41,578 nt of DNA from Catajapyx aquilonaris (taxonomy: Eukaryota). Each line of letters begins with the position of its first letter. Positions within the stretch are counted from its first letter, which is position 1. Position numbers and translations under genes: made by a program. The notes beneath the pieces were generated by a model that did not search any database, was not told where the DNA came from, and worked only from the letters and a program-made list of their open reading frames with translations. Positions 22,097 to 35,788 of this stretch are shown one piece after another. The stretch is from the NCBI GenBank assembly GCA_000934665.2, contig KZ538196.1, forward strand, positions 62,001 to 103,578, written 5' to 3'.

Positions 22097-23629
22097 TGGG
22101 TGGACAGTGAATTGGTTGGGTGAGGGAAGGGTGTGGAGAGGGGGGGGGGGAAGGGGGCTGGAGAAGGGTGGAGGGTATAGGGAAGGGGGGGGAGGGAGAA
22201 GGGGGGCAAACTACTGACCCATTTTTGAGCTATCTGCCGAGTGAATTGTCAACAATGGTACATCTATAATAGTTTAAAAAAATCCTATTCGTGTTGTATA
22301 AGCCTTTCTGATTGGTCCTCTGCATATTGTTACCGCGGCGTTTCCCCGATTGGCCGCAACACTGTTTACTCACATTGTTGTGCGAGGTCGTGGTAACTTG
22401 AAAAGTGGGAGGTTCCAGAGGGAAGTGAACCAGTCCCACCGCAAGCCGCAGGCCTAGAAAAAAAGCGGATTTCTGTACCATATATAAAATGCGACGATTT
22501 TTCTTCTTCTAGTTAGCAGATAACAATCCGCAAAATAATCCAAATGTCCACTTTTCAAATAATTTGCGATTGCATAATAATCAGCTGAATGCTGTACAAC
22601 TTGCGTACATTGGAAGAAATGGTGCACATTTTTTTTCCTGTACTGTGTTATCGTAATCGGATTTCCCGTACGTACAGATGATGCATTGTTAGCTAGAAAA
22701 AAGTGGGTTGTGCGTTTTTTTTTCTTCTTCTCGAAATGCGATAACCGGTTTGGGCTTAAGTGGGACATGGTCACTTATTTTTTTGTGCTTTGAAGTGATT
22801 GATTTACATGGGTTAAATAATGCAAAAAAAAAAGAATTTTGCGTACAGCTTAATTAGTAATTTTTTTTAAAGTGGAAAAGGTCAGGAATATGTACGATGC
22901 ACAATTATTTCAAGTTTACAAAGGAATGTTGAGGTGCTTAAAATAAGTTCCGCATTTTTGTGGGTATATCCCCATCACTTTTTGAGATCGAAACTGGGTG
23001 GGTGTGTGGGACTATTTATCCTTGCTCAAGAGAGATGTCGCGAGCAGTCCTGAACAAACCCGCAGATGATTCTCTCGATAAACTGCTTTTGCTGCATGGT
23101 GTCAACAATTATTCGGTAGAATTAATTAACACGAAATTTTGGGAGCTAAACTGTTACTATAGGAAGCATCCATGTTGACCACAGTTTTTTTTTTTTTTAA
23201 ATTAGTAGGTCAGTTCGTAAGAGTGACATTTTTTTGGACTATTGTTTTATGCAACTGTCGTGTCTAGAAAATTTTTATGGCTAGGAAATGGGGACAAGGA
23301 ACTTTGAGGTTATGAAAAAGTATGTAGCTATAGGACAAGGGTGCGTGTGAGGAGTCCTCCGTTTAAGGGGCGTACCCCAGTACACGACACTTCGATCCTC
23401 CAGTTCTCTCTCTCTCTTACACATCAACCCACCCCTCCACCCCCCAAAAAAACTATCAAGATTGGCAGGTCACCCACCTAGAAACCTGGGACTAGGGACA
23501 CCTGGACACACACCGTGTTGCCAAGTGTGTGCAGACGATCGGGGGTGGGCCAATCAGGTGCAAGGTTAGCACTACCGCACAAAATTAGCGGAGAAAAAAA
23601 AACGAGGGTTTGGTGCAACGCTCTTCAAA

Positions 23630-24960
23630 TCTTGCGGAAAATAGAAATATTGCCAAAACAGTTACTTGCAAAATATATTAACTAAAAATAACATTGCTCA
23701 ACCTAACAATATCACCTGACAATTCCGTTCAACTTAATAAAAGCAGCTTATATTAGTGTGCGCAGAATAACAGCTACCGATATTAGTTCGTGTTTAATAA
23801 CTGCTAATATTAGTTTGTGCTAATTTGCGGAAAATATATAAATCTTGACTGATATTTCAGTTACTTCTAGCGGTTACAAAAATGAGCTAAAATGATGACA
23901 TTGCGTCTGTTCAGCCTAATATTATAGTCACTTATTATTCTGTTCGACCGAATCAAAAGCAGCTGCCATTACATCGTACAAAATAACAGAGTCTGTTATT
24001 ATTAATTTGTACATAATAATAGCCTCGTTTGTGCATAATAATATATGTGCTTAATGTTATGAAGAAATTGTGAGACATCTTGCCAACAGGAAAGATTTCT
24101 CACTTTGTTACATTTTATAGGTTACAAAAATATTGGCTAAAAAAATTGACGACACTATGTCTGTTCGGCCTAATACAAAGTAATTTACAATATTTATTGT
24201 TCTGTTCAAATTAATATAAGCAGCTAATAATACTAGATAGTTGAAAAACAGCTGTGAATATTACTGTCTGCAAAAATAACAGGTGTTACTTATTAATTTG
24301 TACATAATGTGCTAATTTGCGGGAAAATAGTTAAAAAAATCTTGCCTGTTATTTTTGAGTTAAACCTATACTTTCTATAGCTGTTATAAAAATATTGGCT
24401 AAAATGATGACACTATGTCTTATATTATATTGTACAAAGTAACAGCTGTTAATATTGGTTTGTGCAGAATAATAGCCGTTGATATTACTCTGTACAGAAT
24501 AACAGCTGCTAATATTAATTTGTACATAACATGTGCTAATTTGTGAGAAAATAGAAATGTTGTTTGTTATTTCAGTTATTTCTAGCTGTTAAAAATATCG
24601 GCTTAAACGATGGCATTGTTCAACCTAATATTAGCAATTATTCCGTTCAACCCAATAAGAGTAGCTAATGTTAGATTTGTAAAATACCAGGGTGGTCCAA
24701 GCTCAAGTGTCGTTTTATAACGGCGATTAATAGCAGTGATTTTGCGATGGTGTATAGCAGCGACGCGTAAAATGTCCCACTTCGGCGCATCTTCGGGGCA
24801 ATCGAAGTGGGCAATTTTACACGTCGCTGCTACGTCATCGTTAAGCGCTTCTATTAATCGCCGTTATAAAACGACACTTGAACTTGGACCACCCTGTATA
24901 CGCAGCTACACAGTAATATTATAGTTTGCACAGATAATAATATTATAAGTTGAACAGATC
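23630..24960. repeat. Degenerate AT-rich satellite (~200-270-bp units with ~30-bp subrepeats)
   Basis: ttgcggaaaat-like unit starts near 23632, 23826, 24058, 24317 and 24541; recurring subunit tttgtrcaraataacagctgctaatatt. Confidence 0.75.
24688..24896. mobile_element. Tc1/mariner-type MITE, near-complete 209-bp foldback inserted in the satellite
   Basis: Outer arms cagggtggtccaagctcaagtgtcgttttataacggcgattaatag / ctattaatcgccgttataaaacgacacttgaacttggaccaccctg|ta. Inner arms tagcagcgacgcgtaaaat..cccacttcg / cgaagtggg..attttacacgtcgctgcta. Confidence 0.9.
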
Positions 24961-27119
24961 CTGAAATGGGCTTAAATGGACATGTTATTGTCAGCTAATA
25001 TTTTATCCTCCAAAAGTAGGTGCTTAGTCGTGTGAAAATGGCTGAAACGCTAATCAGGAATTTTTGGGATGAGTGTCCTGAGCCAGCTGCTAAACCCGGA
25101 AGACAATAGGAAAATATGTCAACGTCGCATCCCGAAAAAAAACAACAACAACAACGAACAATGTTATCGAATTGCAGTATCGCAGAGGTAATGCCCATGC
25201 ATTTCAATTAAAAGATATCATGGGGGAGGGGAGGGGTATAGATTGAAGTGCTGGCCGAAATTACGCTCTGTAACGAGTGAGAACTCAAATAGTAATTAGA
25301 CTGTAATGAGCAATAAACAAACTTATTGATCATAGGGGGGGAGGGAGGGCGTTAAGTGGAGCACATACGCAGTGTTGATCTACACTCACTGTGGACTGTC
25401 TATCAAATTGATACTTGCTCTGTGCTGGCACATATTAGTTAATTTTTTTGGGGTCACCCTCTGTTGAATTTATTGTGATTGGTATTCCGATCGTCAAAAT
25501 GAAAAATAGCGAATTAGCTGTTTACTCTCTCATAATACTCACTTTTCTGCCCCCCCCCCCCTTTTTTGGGGGGTCCACAGTGAAGGGGAAAACTGGCGCT
25601 AGATATTTTTTAAAAATGCGGGTGCAATTGCATAAAGTGCACTACTTGCAGGGTAGGAATCATGTAATGGCCGGTTGCATGTGAGAAAATTAAGAGAAAA
25701 TCTCAGATTATGTGTTGGTATTCACAATTAGTAATACGACATTGGCTTGAGTCTGCGTAGGACACCATCTATGCCAGGAATGTGGTACTACGTTTAGAAT
25801 GGGAGGCCCGACCGGGCAGTGTTGCCAAGTTTTGGCAAGGGGTTCATTCGATCGTAATTAGACGATATGACTGGTTATATTAGATTGCATTTGTACATTT
25901 TATTTACTGTAGTAAAAGTATGGTCGCCGGTTCTGTTCTTTGTAACCTTCAACAGTCTGACCTTGAAGAACATGTGTGCTCACGAAATTCCAGCTCATAA
26001 TGCATGACGGTAATGTACAGAAATAATTGTAAGCTCATTGCTTAGCATAAAAGAACAATCGAGTTGTAGTAGCTGAAATTTATGAAAAATGTATGAAAAT
26101 TATGGGATTAAAATAATTTTTATCCGAATTTAAAAACGGGACATTCGAGCATCAATTTTAATATTGAGAACATTTTATTAACGTAGTTGTTATTATTCAT
26201 TGCATTATTTTTTGTACCAATGCTGGTTATTAAGCAATTATTTTTTGAACAATTGCTTAATAACCATCCGGTTGGCACGAAACATAATGCAATGAATAGT
26301 AACAAATACTGTACATTAATAAATAATTGTTCTCAATATTAAAATTTATGCCTGAATGTCCAGTTTTAAAATTTTGATAAAATTCATTTAATAATAATAT
26401 CGTCATACATTTTTGACACAATTTTGACAGCAGTTATTACACTCATTACCCACAACAAATTGGGGTTACTCTATCTCTGCTCTGCATCTTATATTTTGGC
26501 TGGACAAATTGGTGCATGAGTCACATGTGTGCAGTGGCACACTTCCTATGGTGGGCGTTGGAGACAGGGGGGGAGGTGAAGAGGATGGGGGTGTTATAAT
26601 CTCCAAAACAGGAGTACAGGGTGAGTCAGCAAGTCGAGTCGAAATCTGTCCAGAATTTGCAAAAAAAAAAAAAAAACACATCCTAAAAATAAAACCGGTA
26701 CAAATTTAGAACCAGTCAGAAAAGAAGAAAGAAAAAAAATTGTTGGAAAAACTACAGCAAGCCCCACCCGAAAAGAATGGAGCGATCGTTAGTTCCTCAA
26801 AACAGACCTGCGTACAAATCCTGGGGGCATGGGGCGTGGTCTACGCGAAAAAAAAAAACTGGGCTGAAAAATAGCATGAATATTATGTAATATTTAAAAA
26901 AAACTTTTATAGCGCAAAAAAGCTAGTTTTTCCATCCCTATATGGTGTTAGGTGGAGGGGAGGGGGGTAAGCTTGACCCATTCTCCGAAAGTAACTCATC
27001 ACCCATGCGCCAGAAAACAGCAACAGGTTACACACCACACTGCACATTCACTCAGCCTACTGCCTATACATTTTCTGCTAATTCGAGGATGCTGGAAAGG
27101 CGTCGAAAATAAATGAATA

Positions 27120-27248
27120 CAGGGTGAACCCAAAAGTCTGGATACGTATGTATAATATTAATATCGTTGGTTGGCACCAGGATATACCAATATTATTGTC
27201 AAACAACGATTTATTATTGCCCAGTGCCCAGACTGTTGGGTCACCCTG
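27120..27248. mobile_element. Tc1/mariner-type MITE (TA TSD)
   Basis: ta|cagggtgaacccaaaagtctgg ... ccagactgttgggtcaccctg|ta. Confidence 0.85.
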
Positions 27249-28540
27249 TAGTGTAAAATTGTGACAGTTGCTATGAGCATACATGGTCATTACAACAGAC
27301 AAATACTTCCATGTAAATATCAAGAGTAACAAGGAATATTTCTGGCAGACGCTCGGTTTTTTTTTCTGTAACAAGATGAAATTTGTAGGTAGCTTGTAGT
27401 CATTAAAATAACTAGACTAAAGTACTATCAATAAGCCATCAAAAGTCTAACAAGGAATATTTCGGCTCGGGATTTTCCCTAACGCTAACAAGATGAAAGT
27501 TTTATGTAGCTTGCAGCCATACTGTGCTAGTAGCTAAATAAGCAAAATTCGTGTTGGACAGCACGGTATATTTATAAATCTGGCATTAATAATTAAAATT
27601 GCTGGCTGCACGTCCACAGTACAATAGAAGGGGAGGCGAGCAATTATATTGTTAAATCTGGGGTTGAATTGTTGCAAATTATTTCAAGGTTGCAGACTGC
27701 ATAAAATATTCTTAACTTACAAAGCTGGTAATAGTGATGTTAATTGACAGTACCATTTGATTACATGTCAGGCCATGCGTTTAGATTAGTGTGAGTCATG
27801 TTGGCTAAAATAACACTTCAGATTACTGCTGATATAATACTTAGAGTGGGAAGATTATCTGTCAGATTTATATAAAAAAAAAATTGGTGCAAAGTTCCTG
27901 TTTGCGCCAAGTTTAATCCAGATCTATTCAACTTTTTTTCTTTTGTAGAAAAAAAAGTAGGGAGATATTGAAGTTACACGTTTGTGTTAGAAAGATTATT
28001 GCAGGAATGAGGTGAAAAGTTCGGAGATATTTCCGTCGTCGTCTGGCACTGTACCAAGTGGAGGAAAAGAAAAGGAAAAAAAGGACGCTGTCGAAAAAGT
28101 TGCATTTCTTACATCGTTTTTGCACCACCTCAGGCAAGGTTGCTATAGGTCGAGTAAGGCATTGTTGGGAAAAAAAATCAGTGACAATGGATGGAAAACA
28201 CGCGACCTTCTGTTATTTCACGCCTCGTTTAGGAAAGAGAACAGATATGATTGTTTGTTCACTCAAAAAAGTGTCACGGCATACACTGAACGTACTAACC
28301 TCTGGAATTCGCGAAAAAATTCGCGAGTGGAATGAAGGGGGGGGGGGTGTGGCGTACAAAACATGTCACTTGTGCTAGCCAACAATAGAGTAGATCTGAT
28401 TGTGGCGTTGCGTTTTTCAAGGCGGAAGATTCAAGCGATAAAACATGCAATTATAAGCAAGGAAAAACTTCATATTTCATATTGATTGTAAACTACACTT
28501 TTGATTTTGCGTTAAGATAAAATACGTATGTTTATTGGGA

Positions 28541-29400
28541 ATTAAACGAGGATCGGGTGTCTCCCACGCGCACCGGGTTTCTGCGCGTCTGACAGCAGCG
28601 GAGACATCTAGCGGAGGGTGGGAGGACTCTCTTGGAAATTGCGCACCAATTATTTAATATGTATTTATTAGGTAGCTTATATTATGTGTGCATAATCGAT
28701 GATTTACTATTAGTGTTGATGTAACTGACTTTTTGTGAAATGTGATTCATCCCATTAGAAAATCTTGGATGTAAAAACAGCTTTAAAAAACATATCTGGG
28801 CTTCCAGCTGTTGCCATGTCTCTCATCTGGAACAAGTGACACTTGCATCAGATATCCTCAATTACTACTACATGACACCCCAGTCCGATAAGCATGTTTT
28901 AAGAAATCTGTTGGTCCGATCAGTCGGGATTCCTAGCACGCGTTTCAGTTAGCAAGACTTGCAGATTAGGCCTGCACTGCACATTATTATCTCTTGTCTG
29001 CTTCGGGATGCTGCTGGATGGACCCAAAGGTCATTTCCTTCTCTCCATAGCAGCCTTCCAAGGATAGGGGGTGATGGGGGAGGAGGAGGAGGCCATGAGC
29101 TTGGCAAAAGGCGCCGAGGGTCGGTCTTGGCACTTACCGAGGACCGCAGAAGTTATTTCCGAATTGAGAGGCGCCGCCCTGTATTTATATACATTGTGTG
29201 TGCGTGGTGGGCCTGGCCCCTGCCCGCGTCTCGATTAAACGCGGATCGGGTGTGTCTCCCACGCGCACCTTGTTTCTGCGCATCTGACGGCAGTGGAGAC
29301 ATCTGGCGGAGGATGGGAGGACTGGAGATGCCTACCGTGAAATTTATTGCACACCAACATTTTATTGTGTGTTTAATATTTATTAATTATTAGGTTATTA
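28541..29400. repeat. Dispersed direct repeat, two ~140-165-bp copies (28541-~28680 and 29234-~29400)
   Basis: attaaacg.ggatcgggtgtctcccacgcgcacc..gtttctgcgc.tctgac.gcag.ggagacatct.gcggagg.tgggaggact occurs in both copies. Confidence 0.9.
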
Positions 29401-30940
29401 CGTACTACAAATGAGTTTTTTTTTTACGAGCGCAGCCGAGTGCGCACCAAAGTTCGCTAAGCTTGCAGGGTTGGCGTTATCAATGAGAGCTAGTAAGCTC
29501 TCTGTGTGGTGGGTGTATTGTAAGCTTTCAAATAACCGATATGGATATTTTGCAATTCCCTGTGTCCGCGATTATTCTATAACCTTGAGTTTCCAGTAAT
29601 TAAGCCCCTCACTTAGAGGAAGTCATGCGCGATTAAGTTATGCGGAACATATCACGGTTTAGCGGAAACATGCCATTGAAATGGCAAAACTTGCGTGATA
29701 TTTGGCTCTGATCGGGCATGAAGTTACGTCACACTCGTACTGGCGATTATTACCATGCAGTACGTCCTGTCTCTGTACATTTTAGCTCGTCAACAACTAA
29801 TTTCCTTTTTTACCTTTACACTAATTGCTGGCAGTAAGAAAATGTATAATAAGTGTCACTATTTGTTATTAATAATGTTGCTTCATACAATAAGCTGTAA
29901 GTCCACGTTACTGAAAGTGTAAGTAATTACACTGTTGCAAATAATGCCATCATTGTTGTCACGAGTAACAATGGCAGAATGGTTTGAAATATTTAAAAGT
30001 ACAAATACTTATATATTAAATTTAATTTTGCTTCCTTCTAAACTATCCGGAAAATGTCACCATAATTCGAACGCACCGTTTGTTTACCTGGCAACAACTC
30101 TAGCAACGTTCCCATTCGTAAGCCCATCATCAGACGTGCGGTGTTCTCCAGATGAAAACCATCCTTTCCTTCTCCGGATATGTTTTTCACTCTTCGACAT
30201 TATCATGGCATCATGTGCTTTTTCTCTCACGGGGATCTGAAGGAAAAAATTCGGCCATGTCGTCTGGCGAATGAAGCTGGAAACTCTCTAGAAATTCACC
30301 CTGAACCCACCTCAAGAAAAAGGAAAAAAAAGCATTAATGAGATGAGTCAAAGGCGTTTGATATGCAGGAGAAGTCTGCTCAGGAGTCATCTCCTCACCT
30401 CGTAATATGGACCTTGATAAAGTCGAAGGAAAAAAAAGGGGAAGATGGCGTACCCTCTCTTCTTATTTTTTTTCTTATCATTCCTTTCTCCCGGTCGTTC
30501 CAGACGACAGTTCTCAGCACAAATAAATGAATGGGTGGAAAAGGCCCAAAGGTCAGCACATGTTCGGAATTCATTACCTGAATGTGCTCGCGAAAACGTG
30601 GCCTGAAATCAGAATCATGAAGGGTATGGGGATTGTTGTCAAGGTTTTCTCTGACGTCTCAAATGTTGTTACCATGACATGTATCTTATCCGTGTTACAG
30701 TTTTGGAACAGTCAACTGTGGATCAGGAGAGATATGCAAGCCCTGGCAATGTTTTCAAAACGGATTATTTTGTTGCGCAACTAGGGTACACTTCAATTGC
30801 CAACAATTGCAAGGATGTTTGATGTAAACACCTGGATTTTTCACCCAAAAGTTATTAATTCTGTTCATTTTTTTCGGGAACTGATTACTAAATCCAAAAT
30901 GTACTTGCATCTATTTAGATTTTGCACAAAATTATACTGT

Positions 30941-31500
30941 CAGCATCACTCAGTTTTTGAGGATTTGTATAAAAATGTGGTAAAATTATTTTCAATTGAT
31001 AGATTAATAGTTTTAATAAGAAGTGCTTTACTGATGAGAGAAGAAAAAGGTGCTACTTGAATCATAGAAAACTGGCCACTATATGAATGAATATATTTTG
31101 CAAAATATTATCGGGATCACTCGATTTTTAGTATCTGCGTAAAATGTGGTAAAAACTATTTTTAATCGACAGATTAATAATTTACATAAGAAGTGCATTA
31201 CTGAGTCATTATTTAAAAAAGAGTGCTATTTGAATAGTAGAAAAGATCACTCGCAACGATATAGAGCAAACGGGCCACTTTATGATGATTATATTCTGTA
31301 AAATTTGCGCAATTTTCAGCATCACTCGATTTTTAGTATCTGCGTAACAATTTTGTAAGAACGATTTTCAATCGTGAGATTAATAATTTTATTAAGTGCT
31401 TTCCTGAGTCACTCGTAAAAAAAGAAAAAAAGAGCGCCATTTGAAGCGTATAAAACGACCACTCGAAAATGATTTTAGAGCAAACGGGCCACTTACATGC
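30941..31500. repeat. Three degenerate tandem copies of a ~175-200-bp unit
   Basis: atcactc.....tttt..tatctgcgtaa / agattaata / aagtgc.tt.ctga / ggccact blocks repeat at about 30945, 31116 and 31321. Confidence 0.85.
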
Positions 31501-32624
31501 GGCTTCTTGGGCCGTCCCCAAACTTTTGCGAGCCGAAGGCAAATAAGCAATGGCAGGTTAGTGAAACCCTCTACCAGGAAGCTTGGGTTTAATCCGATCT
31601 GAGTAGTCTAATTAATCAGCTGAGTGAATCTCGGTAGGGGGGATGTCCTGAATACGCAAACTTCAGGTGAGGCTTGACCGTCAACTGCAAGGGGAGGAGA
31701 AAATTAAGTCATTGCAAACATGACCGATCAAAAGGAAAGGCAGGGATTGACCAGAAAAAAAGAAAGATCTGGAGGTTGTGTACACTAGCAAATTCTATTT
31801 CTAGCCTAGCTTTTCCCGAGTCCACCAAATCGTAATGCTTAAAAAAAAATAGCAAAAGGGAAGCTGAGAGGCAGCGAGATGGGAATTGGAAAGGAAGAAA
31901 AACCACTTCTGTATAAATGTATCAGGCCAGAACGACATTTTCTGGGGGGTCCCTTTTAACAGGAGTCCTTTGAGAGAACTGGCCCTAAAACGAGAGCGAA
32001 AGGGTGAAATATCTATGTACATAAGAGGAGGAAAAGTAATGAAATGTGTAAAATAAGATCACAATTTTGGAGCGCATGAAGTATGATTTTGATTTTTTTT
32101 TTCAAAAAAATGACGGATTGAGTATGTACCTCTGTTTGTCCCCTATACATCACCGCCATCTGTGGACTAATGCTTAGCAAAAGACCCCCTTCGCATTTCC
32201 TGAGAAGTTGGGGAAGGGAGAGGGGGGGGGAAGCCGCTTGATAATCCGTCGTGTTTCCAAAAGCCTGACGGAGGCATTAATCCACCTTAAAGTGGCGGAA
32301 TAGCTGCAGACATTGTTCCGGGGGCTGTAGTTTCATCCGGCCACAAAAGGCCCGACTCATTTCCCCGCTGGCTCCACACCTATCCCCCAGATTATCGGGG
32401 GGAAACGAGACTGTAGGGAGGAAAAGGAAAACCAGGAAAGGGGGGGGGGAGACATTTTCCCTTTCAAGCCTCATCATGCAAATGAGGCCACTGGTCACCT
32501 TACTCAGATTAAAGGAAACAAAATCTAATAAATAAATGAAAAGTCCCCGGAGAAAAGTAATTTTTATATTAGAGGCAAAGTTAGTATATTTGCTAGATTT
32601 GGGTAAGTATAGGTTAAGTGACGG

Positions 32625-32945
32625 TTACCTAACCCTAGACTAACCCATCCTAACATATTCTAACATATTCTAATCCTATCCTAACCTACCATAACCTATC
32701 CTAACATATTCTAACCTAATCTAACCTATCCTAACCCTATCCTAGCCCTAACCTAATCAATACTAACATATTCTAACCTAATCTAACCTATCCTAACCAT
32801 ATCCGAGCCCTAACCTAATCAATACTAACATATTCTAACCGAATCTAACCTATCCTAACCCTATCCTAGCCCTAACCTAACCAATACTAACATATTCTAA
32901 CCTAATCTAACCTATCCTAACCCTAACGGTTAGGTTAGGTTAGGT
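32625..32945. repeat. CCTAA/AACCT-based minisatellite with a 62-bp higher-order unit, ending in an inverted TTAGG run
   Basis: ctaacatattctaacctaatctaacctatcctaaccctatcctagccctaacctaatcaata starts at 32701, 32763, 32825 and 32887, followed by ggttaggttaggttaggtt. Confidence 0.9.
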
Positions 32946-35720
32946 TTTGGCGATAGCTTCACTAGTGTCCTCTTAATCGGTGCTATTGGACTGAACGGTA
33001 TGACAGACCCGAATGAATTAATTAGCCAGAAAACCCCCTCCCTACTCTCCAGACTTATCAGTGTCGTCTCCTCAGATTGGTTAAGATCCGCGACACCTCC
33101 GGTTCCCAGGCGGCTGTCAATTGGAACGCTATACAAAAAGGGAAATCGAATTGGGGGCTCCCAGAGCTGCGAGTCCTCAAAGTCAAGGCGATGCTAGTTC
33201 AGAAACCCTCCTCTCGAGAGCTGTCGGATAATTGCTTTCTATACGCCCACTATATGGTGAAATAGTCGGCTTGCAAGGAAAAGTTGGCCATGGTCCACTC
33301 AGGAGCCATGGGAGGGCAAATAAATGTTTCCTCCAATTTTGGGTGTCTCATGTTGTGGATAGTACCCCACAAAAAACAACTATGGTGCAAAAGGACTATT
33401 AGACTGGATCGTGCCGTGGGAGTATTTTCCGCCTCCTTCTTTCTCAGTTGGCTTAACCATTATTGAGGAGTTTAGCCCCCAAATTGCCAAACTGTATCGA
33501 GGCTATTCGTGAAGTGGATAGTTTTTATTTGTTCTGCCGGCACAGCCTTTTGAATCTAGGCCAACCGATTTATATCATTTTACTCACTGTCCTATTTTCA
33601 AACTCAAATAGTACCCACCCCAATCTGCTCAAATTCCCTTTAATTAATTTGAAGAAAATCCTTTTGCGCCGCATCCTCTAATAAACCAGCACGAAATCCC
33701 CTCGACACGCTATAATTAGTACGGATCAAGATTTGAGTAATTTCCGTTTGTAACGAAAGAAAATTCCTATAGAAGTTATAGAACCCATTTTTAGGGCTTC
33801 AGGAAGAAAAAGGGTCGAAGGAAAAATAAGGCAAAAGTGGGTGTCTCAATTTGGTCCTAAAAGAAAAGAAAGGGGAAAAAAACTTAAGGTGTTTCCAGGG
33901 ACCCTCGAGGGGCGACTAACTTATCCAAGAAGCCTTGTTAGTACCGACTTGCCTTTGATCTTACCTGTTTTTGCAGAAAGAGCAAGAAAACCTCTTTTGT
34001 TCGACGTTTTTTTTCTAATTACTGGTTTTCTCCCCAATTCGCAATAGCAGGTACAAGTTGAACTCTGGACAATGCACACAACCTTTGTATTATATAAGAG
34101 AAAATGGTCTCCCTGTTTCTATGCTTCAGATATATTTATTCAGAATCGTTTTCTTACAAAATATTCCATCCAACTCCCTTTCTGTGGAGTCAATCTTCGC
34201 AACAGAATGGAAATGCCTCTCAGCTGCTGCTTATTTGCCTTGGGATGAACCCAACACTTGCTGATGCCTCTGAGAAAAATGGTGTGGATATTTTCTAGTT
34301 TTTGAGGGGGGAAAAATTGGAATCTGGAAGGTGTTTGAACGCTATGTTTAAAAATGGCTGATTTGGGATGCAATATTTTGTTGGAAACACTGTTCAGTTA
34401 CAAATATTTGTGAGATTCACGTTGTAATACATATGCAAATTTATAAATATTTATACCCTACTTTTTGGCTTGAAAAGGAGCCGACACTTATCAAGGTCAA
34501 AGGTTATTTCCCAGTAGGATACAGCTAGGATGGGCCATCTATGTCACATTTCACCAAAATTGCAGTCCTAGCTTTCTTGCAAGGTATGACAAGCAGCATG
34601 TTGATGGCGCTCATTTGCATGTTTCTGATTGGCTCTGCTAAGAACAGGCGCCGTCGAATGCAGATCAGGTTACTTCATTAAATGCCTTATCAAACTGGCT
34701 CCATTCGAGGCAGGTACTTGTGTTACCCTGAGATTTTCTTTAAGAATTAAAAAAAAGAGTAGCGGTTAGGAATAAATTAAAGAGTCGAGCTCTATTCAAA
34801 TTGGAGGCTGCTTAATAACCTGGCTTCAAAATCAGCTGCATGGTGAATATTTTATCGATGACTTCCCGACGAAAATGCTGGTCATTACACCGCTTCAGTT
34901 AATTACAGCCTGACATATTGTTACAATTGCATGTAAATGACAACAATGTCTCTCTCATTCCAACATTTTCCTGTAGTCTACTTGTATGAAAAATGGCATG
35001 ATGTAATTGGTGCACCCAGTGAATATTACGTCAAAGCTGATTGCAAACAAGGCTGGCAATTACTCGGTCCAAAGAAATCAAACACAAGCTCGACACGCTT
35101 GGCTTCAAAGGTCATTGGCTCCTTTCCACTGCTGCCAACCTGTAGGCGACATAGCACAGATTCTGCCAATAAGAGAGAGAGACTTCGAGGGAGAGAGAGA
35201 GAGAGGATAAGTGTGGCGTCTAAAATGAGGAGCTGATGTGCAAACGGGGCGAACCCGGTGTCTAATAATACCCGGCATCCTGTCGTCGAAAACTCGAGTG
35301 ATCCCAACTTAGACACGCATTCCACTCATCCGCCACCACCAGGTGGAGCCACGGAAAGCTTTACACACATACGCATACGCTGGCCAAAATACCAAAAAAA
35401 AACGAGGAAGTGTGTGAGTGAAAACGCACATGGCCCTACAGTTTGGCAACACTGCATATAAACTGTCAAATTATGCACATTTTTACATAACGTCTTGACA
35501 AAACCCGCTGGCACTATACTGTGCTGCAATTATTCACTGACTTGTAGGAGCAATCGTGTGAATTGTAGCTTTAAATCGCGATTTTAAACGGACATGTCTT
35601 GTTATTTCTGGACGCCACCACCCGAGGCGCTGCTCTGGATAGTGTCAAACGCTCCCGCTGGTGGCGCTGACGGATTGTTGATGAGGTTGATGAGGCACAC
35701 AAAATGGGGGGGGGGGGGGG

Positions 35721-35788
35721 NNNNNNNNNNNNNNNNNNNNNNNNNNNNNNNNNNNNNNNNNNNNNNNNNNNNNNNNNNNNNNNNNNNN
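35721..35788. other. Assembly gap inside a poly-G tract
   Basis: N run flanked by G homopolymers on both sides. Confidence 0.95.
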
